Notes under the pieces: generated by a model
Told to the model about the DNA's origin: nothing
What the model saw: only the letters and a program-made list of their open reading frames with translations
Database searches by the model: none
Source of the DNA: Candidatus Nanoarchaeia archaeon
Lineage (GTDB): Archaea; Nanobdellota; Nanobdellia; Pacearchaeales; GW2011-AR1
Assembly: GCA_041501125.1 (NCBI GenBank)
Contig: JBGQNO010000001.1
Location: forward strand, 37,981-101,980
Length of the DNA stretch: 64,000 bases
Reading direction: 5' to 3'
Position numbers and translations under genes: made by a program
Part shown: positions 1-9,916 of the stretch, in pieces
Layout: every line of letters begins with the position of its first letter
Numbering within the stretch: position 1 is the stretch's first letter

Positions 1-298
1 AACCCGCATCAAGATGTTTTGATGGCATCTTTGCCAAGAAAGCAGTCATCTCCTCCGCAGTAAAGCCATTAAGTATTCCGCCTTTCTTCTCTACCTCGCT
101 TGCAAGTTGCTTGTTGCTCCTTGTTTTTGTGCCTTTGAAAACCATGTGCTCAATCACGTGATGGATTCCTTTTTCCTTTTCTGTTTCAAACTCGCTGCCA
201 GAATTAATATTCACTGAAAGTGAAATTACTGGAATATTTCGCTTTTCAAACAGCACAGTTACTCCATTTTTCAGCACTCTTTTGTAAAATTCGGTCAT
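1..298 (-). CDS. M16 (pitrilysin-like) zinc peptidase, N-terminal part (runs off window)
   Basis: Not in ORF track; manual translation MTEFYKRVLKNGVTVLFE...GIHHVIEHMVFKGT...GGILNGFT with HxxEH motif; ATGA overlap with upstream gene. Confidence 0.9.
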   Translation of the reverse strand, partial: MTEFYKRVLKNGVTVLFEKRNIPVISLSVNINSGSEFETEKEKGIHHVIEHMVFKGTKTRSNKQLASEVEKKGGILNGFTAEEMTAFLAKMPSKHLDAG

Positions 299-972
299 AT
301 TATTCTTGTTATTTTTATGAAATGTCGGTATTTATCCTCACTGTATACATCAAACTCTATTTTTATTTCTTTGCTAAACTCTGGCATCCACAAAACCGCA
401 CTTTCTGCCTCTCCGCCTTCAAAGTCCAGCCTGAATTTGTATTTCTCAGACAATTTCTTCAGTTTGTCAAATTTCTTTTTAATTATAACTTTCCCGATGA
501 ATTCCTTAGGAATGCCTTCGCATGCAATTTTAGTTATTACAACTTCAAATTTCTCATCTAGCAACTCTCGCCAGAGCTGCTCAGCACTATAATTCCATAA
601 TGGCGCAAATACTCCTAACTCGAGCTCATTTGCAAGACTGTTTATTCTTGTTCCTTGATAACTGCTTGCAATTCCTCCAATTACAATTGTATCAAATTTA
701 TACTTCTTTTTTGCACCAGCCAGCAATGCCTTCATGTCATCTAACTCTTCTGACTCATTTCTTGCCCGTGTTTTTCTTGTCATTAACTCAATTCCAAGCA
801 TATCTGCCTGCTTTTTCAATAGTTTTTCATCTGGAGTATGAAACATCATGCTGTCCATGCTGTCTGGAATAATTGAAAGCAGCACGCTAATCTTCATTCC
901 ATTCTTTATTGCCTTGTGCAAAGCTAAGCACGAGTCCTTGCCCCCTGAAAATAAAACTCCATAATTTGCCAT
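295..972 (-). CDS. Diphthine--ammonia ligase (Dph6/PP-loop ATPase)
   Basis: LFSGGKDS PP-loop, SMMFH, GGIASSYQ, FEGGEAES; ATG start at 972 preferred. Confidence 0.85.
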   Translation of the reverse strand: MANYGVLFSGGKDSCLALHKAIKNGMKISVLLSIIPDSMDSMMFHTPDEKLLKKQADMLGIELMTRKTRARNESEELDDMKALLAGAKKKYKFDTIVIGGIASSYQGTRINSLANELELGVFAPLWNYSAEQLWRELLDEKFEVVITKIACEGIPKEFIGKVIIKKKFDKLKKLSEKYKFRLDFEGGEAESAVLWMPEFSKEIKIEFDVYSEDKYRHFIKITRII

Positions 973-1022
973 GTCAAAGAGAAGAAACATAGCTTTTTAA
1001 AATTTAATAGCCTCAAAATTTT

Positions 1023-1934
1023 ATGGCAACCAACGCATCTTTAGAGTATACTCTTGCAGAAAAGCGCTATGATGCAGCCAAGACTGATGAGGAGAAGCTT
1101 GCAGCCTTAGAAGAGATGATAAGCCTGATGCCCAAGCATAAAAGCGCTGAGAATCTCAGAGCAAATCTGCGGCAAAGATACAAAAAATTCAAGGAGAATC
1201 TTGAAGTTAAAAAGAAAAAAGGCAAAAAGTCTGGCAAGCCTGGAATAAAGAAGCACGAGTTGCAGGCAGTCATTGTCGGCTTGACACAATCAGGCAAGTC
1301 CTCGCTTCTTGAAGCACTAACAAATTTCAAGCCTACGATTTCTCCTATTCCTTACACAACTAAAACAATAAATTTAGGCATGATGTTATATGAAGGCGTT
1401 CAAATACAAATAGTTGACCAGCCTGCAATTGATTCTGAAAACTTTGACCAGGGAGTTGCAAATGGTGCAGACGTTTTGCTGGTAACAATTACAACACCTG
1501 CGGAGATAAATGAGATTTCCTCATTTCTTAAGCGGGCAATGGGCGAAAGAATAATTGTCCTGAACAAAATCGATTTGCTTGATGAAAACGAAAAAAGAAA
1601 GCTTTCTGCATTCATGCAGTCAAAAAAGCATAATTTTGTTATGACATCTTGCAAGACAAATGAAGGGCTTGCAGAGCTGAAAGAAAAAATTTTCAAAAGC
1701 TTCGGCAAAATACGAATTTATACAAAAGAGCCAAGAAAGCCTTCAAGCAGCATGCCAATGATACTGCCCAGAAATGCAACTGTAAAGGACGTCGCTGAAA
1801 AAATCCATGCAGGTTTCTCAGAAAAAGTCAAAGAAACGCGAGTTACAGGGCCATCAAGCAAATTTCCAAACCAAAAAGTCGGACTAGAGCATGTTTTGAA
1901 AGACAAGGATATTATAGAATTTTATTTTGATTAA
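1023..1934 (+). CDS. DRG/OBG-family GTPase with C-terminal TGS domain
   Basis: GLTQSGKSS, YTT, LNKID, and C-terminal KVGLEHVLKDKDIIEF TGS signature. Confidence 0.85.
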   Translation: MATNASLEYTLAEKRYDAAKTDEEKLAALEEMISLMPKHKSAENLRANLRQRYKKFKENLEVKKKKGKKSGKPGIKKHELQAVIVGLTQSGKSSLLEALTNFKPTISPIPYTTKTINLGMMLYEGVQIQIVDQPAIDSENFDQGVANGADVLLVTITTPAEINEISSFLKRAMGERIIVLNKIDLLDENEKRKLSAFMQSKKHNFVMTSCKTNEGLAELKEKIFKSFGKIRIYTKEPRKPSSSMPMILPRNATVKDVAEKIHAGFSEKVKETRVTGPSSKFPNQKVGLEHVLKDKDIIEFYFD

Positions 1935-1935
1935 C

Positions 1936-2223
1936 ATGCCAAAAAATAAATCTCTTAAGCTTTGTCTGGCAGCGTCGATATTTTTGACACTTCTTCTTTT
2001 CATTATCTTCAGGAACATTTCACCTGTTGAACTCAAATCAGTCTCTGAGCTGGACAAATTAAATGGCAAGTACATCAAAGTTGACGGAGAAATTAAGAAC
2101 TACCATCTTCTTTTTGGAAATTCAAGCATTGAGCTTTATGGATGGAATCTTCCAACAGGAAGGCTTACAGTTTACGGAATTTATGAAAACAGCAAGTTAG
2201 AAGTTTTCAGGATAGAAAAATGA
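1936..2223 (+). CDS. Small membrane-anchored protein, possible OB fold
   Basis: N-terminal hydrophobic helix, then beta-rich GKYIKVDGEI...VYGIY. Confidence 0.55.
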   Translation: MPKNKSLKLCLAASIFLTLLLFIIFRNISPVELKSVSELDKLNGKYIKVDGEIKNYHLLFGNSSIELYGWNLPTGRLTVYGIYENSKLEVFRIEK

Positions 2224-2259
2224 ATCAAATATTTTATTACTTACTCTGCGTCTCAAAAG

Positions 2260-4896
2260 TTATCTGGAATAATGATGTCTTTCTTGTGATTTTTTCCTTA
2301 TAATCAAGACAACTACAATTGCGATTATTAAAACAGCAATTACAGCAATAATAATATATTTTGTCATGTTTGCTTTTGAGACTGCTTCTGGCGCGCCTGG
2401 CGTTGGCTGCGCTTCTGGCGCAGCAGACACAGGCACAGCCTGCATTCCTTTGATTGTGACATTTGCCTTGCTATTTGCTATTCCATTAAGCTTGATATAG
2501 ACATCATAGTAGTTGTCAGCATTAACATCAACTTTCCATTCATCTCCGATTGAAAGTGTCTTTTGTTGTGGAATACTTGAAACATTTATTGTAGCAGTCT
2601 TATTTGTCAGTTTGAATATGCCTACAGTATGCAATGTATTGTTTAGCTTGAATTCAAATCTCCATTTCTCTGCAAGCTCTTTTGTATATCCATCCTTGAA
2701 GCTTGCATCATTCGCAAAGAATGTTGCTATCCAGAATTCGCCACCGCCAGCAGCACCTCCACCTCCTCCAGCTCCACCTGTTGTTGTGCCTCCTGTAGAT
2801 GCTACAGATGTTGTGAAGTTATAAGTGCCATTAGTTGCGCAGTTTCCAGCCTGGTCGCATACAGTTGCATTGTAATAATAAAGAGTGCTTGCACTTAATC
2901 CGCTGATATCAACGCTTCCGCTGGGAGCGTAAGAGCTTGAAGTGGCAGATGAACCAAGCGAAGCTGATGTCCCGTAAGTTACATTAATGTTCACTGACTC
3001 ATTTGAAGTATATGAAATTGTTGCTCCGCTTGAAGACACTGATGAAATTACATTGGGCACAGCAGGAGCCTGTCTATCTACTGTAAAATTTGTTGTCACA
3101 CTGTTATTTAAGTTTCCAAGAGTATCATTGCAATAATATCTTGCGAGATAATTGCCTTCGGCTATAGAACTTGTGCAATTGAAATTATCGCCTAATTTAG
3201 TCATCGTGGCATTATTACTTCCATTGTTTAGAGTCATCCAGCATGCAGCAGAGTTTGCTACATCAGTAGAGTTTATATTAAACATTATGCTGACAGAATT
3301 TGTATAGGCTGACGATGGTGAAATTACAGTTACTTCCGGACCAACTGTATCAATAACAATGTCTGCCACTGATTGATTTGTATACTCGTTTCTGTTGTTT
3401 GAAGTGTCATAAGCTATAATCCACAAACCCGTCCCTTGCACTTGCCCCGCAGTTATGTAAGAAGAAACATCAATCAATCCATCCCACAATCCTGTTAAAT
3501 TATTATAAGACAGGTTAGAATAACAGTTACTTGGCTCGCAACTGCCATTGTTGATTCCATGTAAATCTGCCTGCACTAAACTTACATTTTGATCATCTGT
3601 AACATTTGCACTGATATTGATTACATTGTCAGAAAATGAAAAGAAGTTGTCTGGATTGTTTATTATTACATTATTTACAACCGGCAATTCATTGTCCACA
3701 TAAATATTCCATGACCTCATACTGCCCCACCAGTAATCATTAGCAGAAAAGGCAAATTGATAATTTCCAGAAGGCATATCTTGCGTCAAATTAACATTTC
3801 TCAAATCCCCTGGGTTATAAAGAGTTCTTGGTGTTAAATTATTCTGAGACCAGTTTCCTGTCTCAAAGTTAAAAGAATCTTTTTGTGGAACAAATTTACT
3901 TGCCCCAGAATGTATCAAACTAGTACTAATATTACATCCACTTTCATTGCACCAATCATCTCTTACTAAACCAAGCAGTCTTCCTGTCCAGATACTTCCT
4001 GTAAAGTTTGAAACATTATAAACAAGATGCCATCTCCATTCTCGGCATGATGGCATCATGCCTTCGCAAGTTTCATAACATGAATAATTACTTCCTGTTT
4101 CATTCTCATCAAAACATCCTGGAACAGAAACATAACTTGTTTTGTTATTTAAATTAAAATTGAAAACATAGTGCGCAGAAACATTTTCTCCATTAATGGA
4201 ATACTTCTCTGCATGCCATGTTTTATTAAACATCCCGCTTCTTGATTGATTGCAATTATCGCTGTCGTTTTCATTGCAGTGCTGTCCCCATTCTATAACT
4301 GTGTTATTGCCATTGTCCAGAACGTATACTCTAACATCTCGTAAATAAGTGTCTAAAATGTTTACTCTTGCATTCCATTGTTTCATAGAATAAAGACCGC
4401 CCATATTGCTTGTTTCTAAAGTTAATGTTGCATTCGGATTAATGAAAGGAGGAACATTATCAATCAAAATATTGCTAATATTGCTTTCATTGGAGTTGCC
4501 TGCTGTGTCATACGCAATTAATTGCAAAGAATAATTCCAGCATTCAGAATCAGGACAAGAGACATTAGTATCCCATGTACAAAGATAATCCTGATTAATA
4601 TTGTTTCCGCTGGCATCGAAACAAGCTGCATTCACAAATCCGCCAGTTTTATTATAAACATTAATGCTCCAATTTGCTAAGTTTCCTGCTGAAGCATTTA
4701 CAGTTCCGCCAATGTCAATAGTACTTCCGCCAACAACAGTCATGTTTGTTCCATTAATTTCATTTATCTTAACGTTGCCTTCTCCAATAACGACTTCAAA
4801 AGGAGTGGCTACTGCAAGAACAAAAGATATCACAATAAGAGACAAGAATATTAAGACTGCACCTAGAAATAAAACCGATTTTGCTTTTTTATTCAT
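2260..4896 (-). CDS. Large secreted/membrane-anchored surface glycoprotein with Ig-like and FN3-like domains
   Basis: Signal peptide, many N-x-S/T sequons, D-x-x-GN Ig motifs, GLSASTLYYY FN3 motif, Gly linker, C-terminal TM plus basic tail; GAGGTG SD. Confidence 0.8.
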   Translation of the reverse strand: MNKKAKSVLFLGAVLIFLSLIVISFVLAVATPFEVVIGEGNVKINEINGTNMTVVGGSTIDIGGTVNASAGNLANWSINVYNKTGGFVNAACFDASGNNINQDYLCTWDTNVSCPDSECWNYSLQLIAYDTAGNSNESNISNILIDNVPPFINPNATLTLETSNMGGLYSMKQWNARVNILDTYLRDVRVYVLDNGNNTVIEWGQHCNENDSDNCNQSRSGMFNKTWHAEKYSINGENVSAHYVFNFNLNNKTSYVSVPGCFDENETGSNYSCYETCEGMMPSCREWRWHLVYNVSNFTGSIWTGRLLGLVRDDWCNESGCNISTSLIHSGASKFVPQKDSFNFETGNWSQNNLTPRTLYNPGDLRNVNLTQDMPSGNYQFAFSANDYWWGSMRSWNIYVDNELPVVNNVIINNPDNFFSFSDNVINISANVTDDQNVSLVQADLHGINNGSCEPSNCYSNLSYNNLTGLWDGLIDVSSYITAGQVQGTGLWIIAYDTSNNRNEYTNQSVADIVIDTVGPEVTVISPSSAYTNSVSIMFNINSTDVANSAACWMTLNNGSNNATMTKLGDNFNCTSSIAEGNYLARYYCNDTLGNLNNSVTTNFTVDRQAPAVPNVISSVSSSGATISYTSNESVNINVTYGTSASLGSSATSSSYAPSGSVDISGLSASTLYYYNATVCDQAGNCATNGTYNFTTSVASTGGTTTGGAGGGGGAAGGGEFWIATFFANDASFKDGYTKELAEKWRFEFKLNNTLHTVGIFKLTNKTATINVSSIPQQKTLSIGDEWKVDVNADNYYDVYIKLNGIANSKANVTIKGMQAVPVSAAPEAQPTPGAPEAVSKANMTKYIIIAVIAVLIIAIVVVLIIRKKSQERHHYSR

Positions 4897-5010
4897 CTCT
4901 TTTCTCGCACCTCATTTTACCCTGCTAATAGTAACAAAAAGCTGCTTATAAATATTACCAAAAACAATTTACCAAAGAAAAAAATATAAACAACTTTGCC
5001 AGATACTTGT

Positions 5011-6189
5011 ATGCTGCTGGAAATAACACTCGCAATTCTTCTCGGCACTTTACTTGGAACTTTTACAGGCCTCACTCCCGGCATCCACATAAACCTTGTC
5101 TCAGTTTTGCTTGTCGCATTTATTCCGCAATTCTCAATATTTCTTATAGTAATGATTGTTGCAATGTCAATCACCCACACATTTCTTGATTTTATTCCTT
5201 CAATCTATTTGGGAAGTCCGGATGAAGATACTGGATTAAGCATCCTGCCTGGACATCGTCTTTTGCTCGACGGCAAAGGACACTCTGCAGTCATGCTCAC
5301 AGTTTATGGCGGAATACTTGGACTTGGAATTATTTTCCTGTTCGCGCCGTTTATAGTCCATGTTCTTCCGAACCTTTACCCTAAAATTGTTCCATACATG
5401 TTTTATATTTTGCTTGCTGCAGTTTTCCTCCTTGTCTGGAAAGAAGAGCATTCGCGCTGGTGGGCAATTCTTATTTTTGCCTTGACTGGAATTCTTGGTT
5501 TGATAACCTTGAATCTTCCATTAAAAGACCCTTTGTTTCCTCTGCTCACAGGCTTGTTTGGTGCATCTTCTCTTGTAACTTCAATAGCAAAGAAACAGAA
5601 AATTCCAAAACAAAAGTTTGCAGAAGAAAAAATTGAAAACAGGACTCTTGTCAAGACAGGCTTGCTGTCAGCAATTGCCTCTCCAATATGCAGTTTTCTT
5701 CCATCCCTCGGCTCTGGGCAGGCAGCTGTCCTCGGCTCAGGCATTAGAAAACTTGACACAAAAGAATTTCTTGTCCTGCTCGGCTCAATTAACACAGTTG
5801 TCATAGGACTTTCTTTTTATGCTGCATACTCAATCCACAAGGCACGGACAGGAGTTGCAGCAGCAGTCATGACTCAGGCTTTTCCACAAAACTATGTTTA
5901 TCTTATAACCCTTGCAATTCTGTTCTCAGGAATTATTGCAGCATTCCTTGCATCAAGAATTTCAAAACTTTTTGCCAGAAACATCAATAAAATAAATTAC
6001 AGCATACTCTCGGTGATAATCCTTGGATTTTTGACGCTTCTTGTTACAATTTTCTCAGGCTGGCTTGGATTTCTCGTTTACCTGGCAGCGACATTCACTG
6101 GACTTGTAACAATACTTTCAGGAATCCGCAGAACGCACATGATGGGCTCTTTGATGTTGCCCTCAATTCTTTTCTATCTGCCGATATAA
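5011..6189 (+). CDS. TctA-family (tripartite tricarboxylate transporter-like) membrane protein
   Basis: GTFTGLTPGIHIN, DFIPSIYLG, LPGH motifs; many TM helices. Confidence 0.85.
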   Translation: MLLEITLAILLGTLLGTFTGLTPGIHINLVSVLLVAFIPQFSIFLIVMIVAMSITHTFLDFIPSIYLGSPDEDTGLSILPGHRLLLDGKGHSAVMLTVYGGILGLGIIFLFAPFIVHVLPNLYPKIVPYMFYILLAAVFLLVWKEEHSRWWAILIFALTGILGLITLNLPLKDPLFPLLTGLFGASSLVTSIAKKQKIPKQKFAEEKIENRTLVKTGLLSAIASPICSFLPSLGSGQAAVLGSGIRKLDTKEFLVLLGSINTVVIGLSFYAAYSIHKARTGVAAAVMTQAFPQNYVYLITLAILFSGIIAAFLASRISKLFARNINKINYSILSVIILGFLTLLVTIFSGWLGFLVYLAATFTGLVTILSGIRRTHMMGSLMLPSILFYLPI

Positions 6190-6214
6190 GTTTAAAATAA
6201 AAAAGAAAAAAGAT

Positions 6215-6412
6215 TTATTTTTTCTGCTGTTTCATCAGTTTTGAAACAATCCATATCCACAGATATGCCTGTGCAAGAATAACCACTGCGCTTAATAACA
6301 CGCTAGACATGCTTATAGCATAGTAATTCTTGATGGTCATATACAACGATGCCAGATATGCAAGCAGAAGAATGCCTAAAGAAACAATCGCAATCGTATT
6401 CCATGCTTTCAT
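6215..6412 (-). CDS. Small 2-TM membrane protein
   Basis: Two hydrophobic helices; TATA-like TTTAAA upstream. Confidence 0.6.
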   Translation of the reverse strand: MKAWNTIAIVSLGILLLAYLASLYMTIKNYYAISMSSVLLSAVVILAQAYLWIWIVSKLMKQQKK

Positions 6413-6456
6413 AAATATAAAAGAACAAAGCAGTATTTAAATTTATCAAAAAATGG

Positions 6457-9400
6457 TTAAAACCATTTTTTTAAGTCTTGCTGCTTTTCTTTCTCCTTGC
6501 CGAAAATGCTTTCAATATAGCTTTTTGTAAGTTCAAGGTTTTGCGTGAGATACTCAGTAACCTGGTATTTCTGCGCGAGCTGCAAAGCAGGCTCAAGATA
6601 TTTTACAATGCTTCCTTCTGAAATTGTAAATATTATGTTTCCTCCGCACTCAAGACACTTGCCCAAAAGCGGCGGCCTTCTGTATTTCTGGTTGCACTTG
6701 CTGCATCTGAATTCCTGCTGCGAGAATTTTCTCAAGTTTCCTCTTATGTCTCTGATAAAATGTCTGTCAATTACAAGTCTTGCCACATCATTTGCGTCTA
6801 CAGCTCTTAATTTCTCAGCAAGTTCCATTTGTTTCTGAACCTTGTCTCGCATTGTCACAAGCCTCTTGTAATTTGAACACAAAACTCCGTGATTAATATC
6901 ACTTGTTTCATACTCATACCATAAATTAGTAAATTCTTCTTTGCCAACTCTTGATTTTATCTGCTCAATAGAAATCTTTGACGGATGCTCTCCAGCTCTT
7001 GCCTTCTCATAAAGTTCTAGTGGCAGCTCTCGCACAATATCAACATCAAATATCATGTCATCAACTTCTCCTGCTCTTATTCTGGCATTTAATACAAGCG
7101 GCGCATCCTGCGTTCCACCACGATGCGCAGGCAAAAACTCCCTTGAAAAATTTAGCAGCATGTCAAGCAGCAGCATAAATCCTGCTTCATCACCGTCGCA
7201 ATCACGCCTCATTGCAGCATGCATATACGGACTTGCCACAAATGCCTGGCTCTTGCTGAATCCAATTATCCTGCCAACAACACTCGCGCAATTATGCGGT
7301 GCAATGCAGGAAATCAAATGTCCTATCAAGTCCTCCCTGCCTTTGACTCGGTAAAAAGGCTCCAGTCCGTACAATCTCACTAATAAAGAATCAACAAACC
7401 CTGCTATTCTCACAAACACATCATCCGCTTTCTCATCCCCAGAAACCGGGCATGCTGGTAAAATAACATCATGCGGAAAAATTTCAAGTATCTGCTCCTC
7501 ATTATCAAGTTCATTGCCATTGACGTCCTTTGTATAGCCCAGTTCCCTAAGCTTTGCAACACTCGCTGAAACTTCCTTTGGCTTAAAATGAGTCAGTGGA
7601 AGCTCTGTAGCATCAAATCTTATTGTGCCATCCTTGTTTACCTGCAGTTTGAACATTGTTCTCAAGATTCCCTTGGCAAGATTTTCCAAAGCATGATTTT
7701 TATTCGAAGTTCCGCGAACACCTTTAATCAAGCTTGGAATTTCTTCAGGTGTTAAGTCCAAGGACTTGATAGCAGAATTAAAATAATGCTTAATATCTAC
7801 TTTCTTAGACATGTAATTCTGTCCTTGATTATGTACATTGCATTTTTCACCAGCCATTGTGGTTCTGCATTCAGGACAGAAATATATTCTCCTGCATTCG
7901 CTCTTGCAACTCTCACATCTCTTGTAAACAGTTTCCTTTTTGCATGCTTCACAATAAAACAATGGAAAGTCTGCCTTAACAAAACCTTTTTCGCATGCTT
8001 CGTTCAGACTTCTCAGTCTTCCACCTTCTTCTCCGACAGGAAATAAGACATTAGGACTTCCAACAAGTTTTCTCAGCTTAGCTTTCTCAGGCCTTCCCAT
8101 CCTCGAGCCAATGAATGTTCCTGCCTTGTCTCTTATCTGAATGCCTGCAAGCTTATTAATAATTGACAATACCTTTTTGTCCTCTTCTGAATTTACAATT
8201 TTCATTATCCTGTCAATCTCCTGCTCTAAATTCTCGCTTTCAATTCCTAAGCTAAAAAGCAATGCCTGACTGCTTTCAATATCTGATAAAACATTCTCAG
8301 TAGTCACTTCATGTGGAACGCCAAGAATTTCCAAAGCTCTCTTGCCTTTGAGAAATCTCTCGCTTTCTGTTTTGTTGTATGGAAAAAGTATTTTCTTCTC
8401 AAAAATGTTTGAATGCGCAAGCCAGTCAAGCAAAGAAATCAAGTCGTCATATGAAATTTGCGTCCAGAAGAAAGTATGCTTTGGATGCAATGGTGTTCCT
8501 GTTTGCTTGCTCAGACTTTTAGCGACAGTAAATGGAACATCGTATATGCTTTCCAGCTCAGACATTGTCTCACCCTTTGCATTTTTCTTTAACTCCAGAA
8601 ACCATTCCTGTTCTGTATAACCCGCAGGCACTAACACATGATTTCTGTTTGCAAAATCTCCAAAAGGAACTAACAAGTCTCCTGTATAAAGAATTTGTTC
8701 AACATCATCATAAATATTTCTTGCAGTGTCAGCATCCTGTATTCTGCGCACAGAACCATTATATAATTTAACAATCGGTCCTTCAATACTGTCGCAAGAC
8801 ACAATAGCCGCACCCTTTGTTGGAAGCTCAATTTTTATCTGTGTGCCTATGCCAATAAATCCTCCAAGCATGTGCATTGTCGCAGGATGAACAGCCAGAC
8901 AGCTGTAACCAGTATTTCTTGCTCTTCCATATCTTAATCTGAATGCTCCTGCAGCAGACGGATGCCCTAAAACTGGCCTGCCAGCAACTAAATCTTTGAT
9001 AAATGTCGGACTTTCGTTTGCTTTTCCTTTTTCCCTCTTTTCATGAAGTTTATTATACTCTTCAAGGAAACTCCAGTCAGTAAGCTTAAACCCCTTCTCT
9101 CTTAATTTTTTAATCATTCTTTGTATTTTCGGTGCTTTCTGCGCAAGCCCTTCTGCAAAAACAAGGCAGAATCCTCCTCTGATCATGTTTGTTTCAATTC
9201 TTTGAACATCTTTGTAATTGCTGACTTCTCGCTGCTCGCTCGCATCTCCAGTAACCTGCACTGGAATATTTTTCGCAAGAAAAATTGCTTCTTCTTCTGT
9301 AGGCAGATATTGCAAATTATTGACTTTTTCGTGATAATCAAACATTTCAGTCACCATTCTTTTCACTTCTATTTCTGTTGGGTCATATTTTGCATATCCC

Positions 9401-9915
9401 AAAGTCTCTCGCAGATAATCTGCAATGACAAGTGAAAAAGCTGCGCCTGTTCCTCCCGCACTTCTTATCGGCCCAGAATAATAAATCATAAAATATTCTT
9501 TATTGTCCATTGTTTTGCCAAGTTTAAATTCTGTAAAACCCTCAATTGGCGACGACACAACTCCAAGAGTGATGTATGCCATTCCAACCCGTATTCCAGC
9601 ATCAATTCCTTCATGCAGGCTGCGGAATTTGCAGAATTTTTCTTTTGCAATCTCTTCTGCAATTATCAAGCAGATAGCAGGATCAAGATTTCCATACTGC
9701 TTTTCAAGTTCAAGAATCCTGTTCACAAGTTGCGGATTATTCAACTGCGGATAAACCGCAGATATAAGTCCGGCAACCCTTCCAGCAAGGCTTGTTGCCA
9801 GAGGTATTTCTACTTTATCAATAGGGTCAAGTCCTTTTTGCCTTGCAGCCTCGGCTACAACATAGCTTTTTTTAACCTGCTCTTCAAGCTCCTTGAAATA
9901 TTGGTCGATTTTCAT
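6457..9915 (-). CDS. polC: DNA polymerase D large subunit DP2
   Basis: GPIRSAGGT, GSRMGRPEKAK, RRDCDGDE catalytic motif, Zn fingers, C-terminal PIP-like QQDLKKWF; no intein. Confidence 0.97.
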   Translation of the reverse strand: MKIDQYFKELEEQVKKSYVVAEAARQKGLDPIDKVEIPLATSLAGRVAGLISAVYPQLNNPQLVNRILELEKQYGNLDPAICLIIAEEIAKEKFCKFRSLHEGIDAGIRVGMAYITLGVVSSPIEGFTEFKLGKTMDNKEYFMIYYSGPIRSAGGTGAAFSLVIADYLRETLGYAKYDPTEIEVKRMVTEMFDYHEKVNNLQYLPTEEEAIFLAKNIPVQVTGDASEQREVSNYKDVQRIETNMIRGGFCLVFAEGLAQKAPKIQRMIKKLREKGFKLTDWSFLEEYNKLHEKREKGKANESPTFIKDLVAGRPVLGHPSAAGAFRLRYGRARNTGYSCLAVHPATMHMLGGFIGIGTQIKIELPTKGAAIVSCDSIEGPIVKLYNGSVRRIQDADTARNIYDDVEQILYTGDLLVPFGDFANRNHVLVPAGYTEQEWFLELKKNAKGETMSELESIYDVPFTVAKSLSKQTGTPLHPKHTFFWTQISYDDLISLLDWLAHSNIFEKKILFPYNKTESERFLKGKRALEILGVPHEVTTENVLSDIESSQALLFSLGIESENLEQEIDRIMKIVNSEEDKKVLSIINKLAGIQIRDKAGTFIGSRMGRPEKAKLRKLVGSPNVLFPVGEEGGRLRSLNEACEKGFVKADFPLFYCEACKKETVYKRCESCKSECRRIYFCPECRTTMAGEKCNVHNQGQNYMSKKVDIKHYFNSAIKSLDLTPEEIPSLIKGVRGTSNKNHALENLAKGILRTMFKLQVNKDGTIRFDATELPLTHFKPKEVSASVAKLRELGYTKDVNGNELDNEEQILEIFPHDVILPACPVSGDEKADDVFVRIAGFVDSLLVRLYGLEPFYRVKGREDLIGHLISCIAPHNCASVVGRIIGFSKSQAFVASPYMHAAMRRDCDGDEAGFMLLLDMLLNFSREFLPAHRGGTQDAPLVLNARIRAGEVDDMIFDVDIVRELPLELYEKARAGEHPSKISIEQIKSRVGKEEFTNLWYEYETSDINHGVLCSNYKRLVTMRDKVQKQMELAEKLRAVDANDVARLVIDRHFIRDIRGNLRKFSQQEFRCSKCNQKYRRPPLLGKCLECGGNIIFTISEGSIVKYLEPALQLAQKYQVTEYLTQNLELTKSYIESIFGKEKEKQQDLKKWF

Positions 9916-9916
9916 T

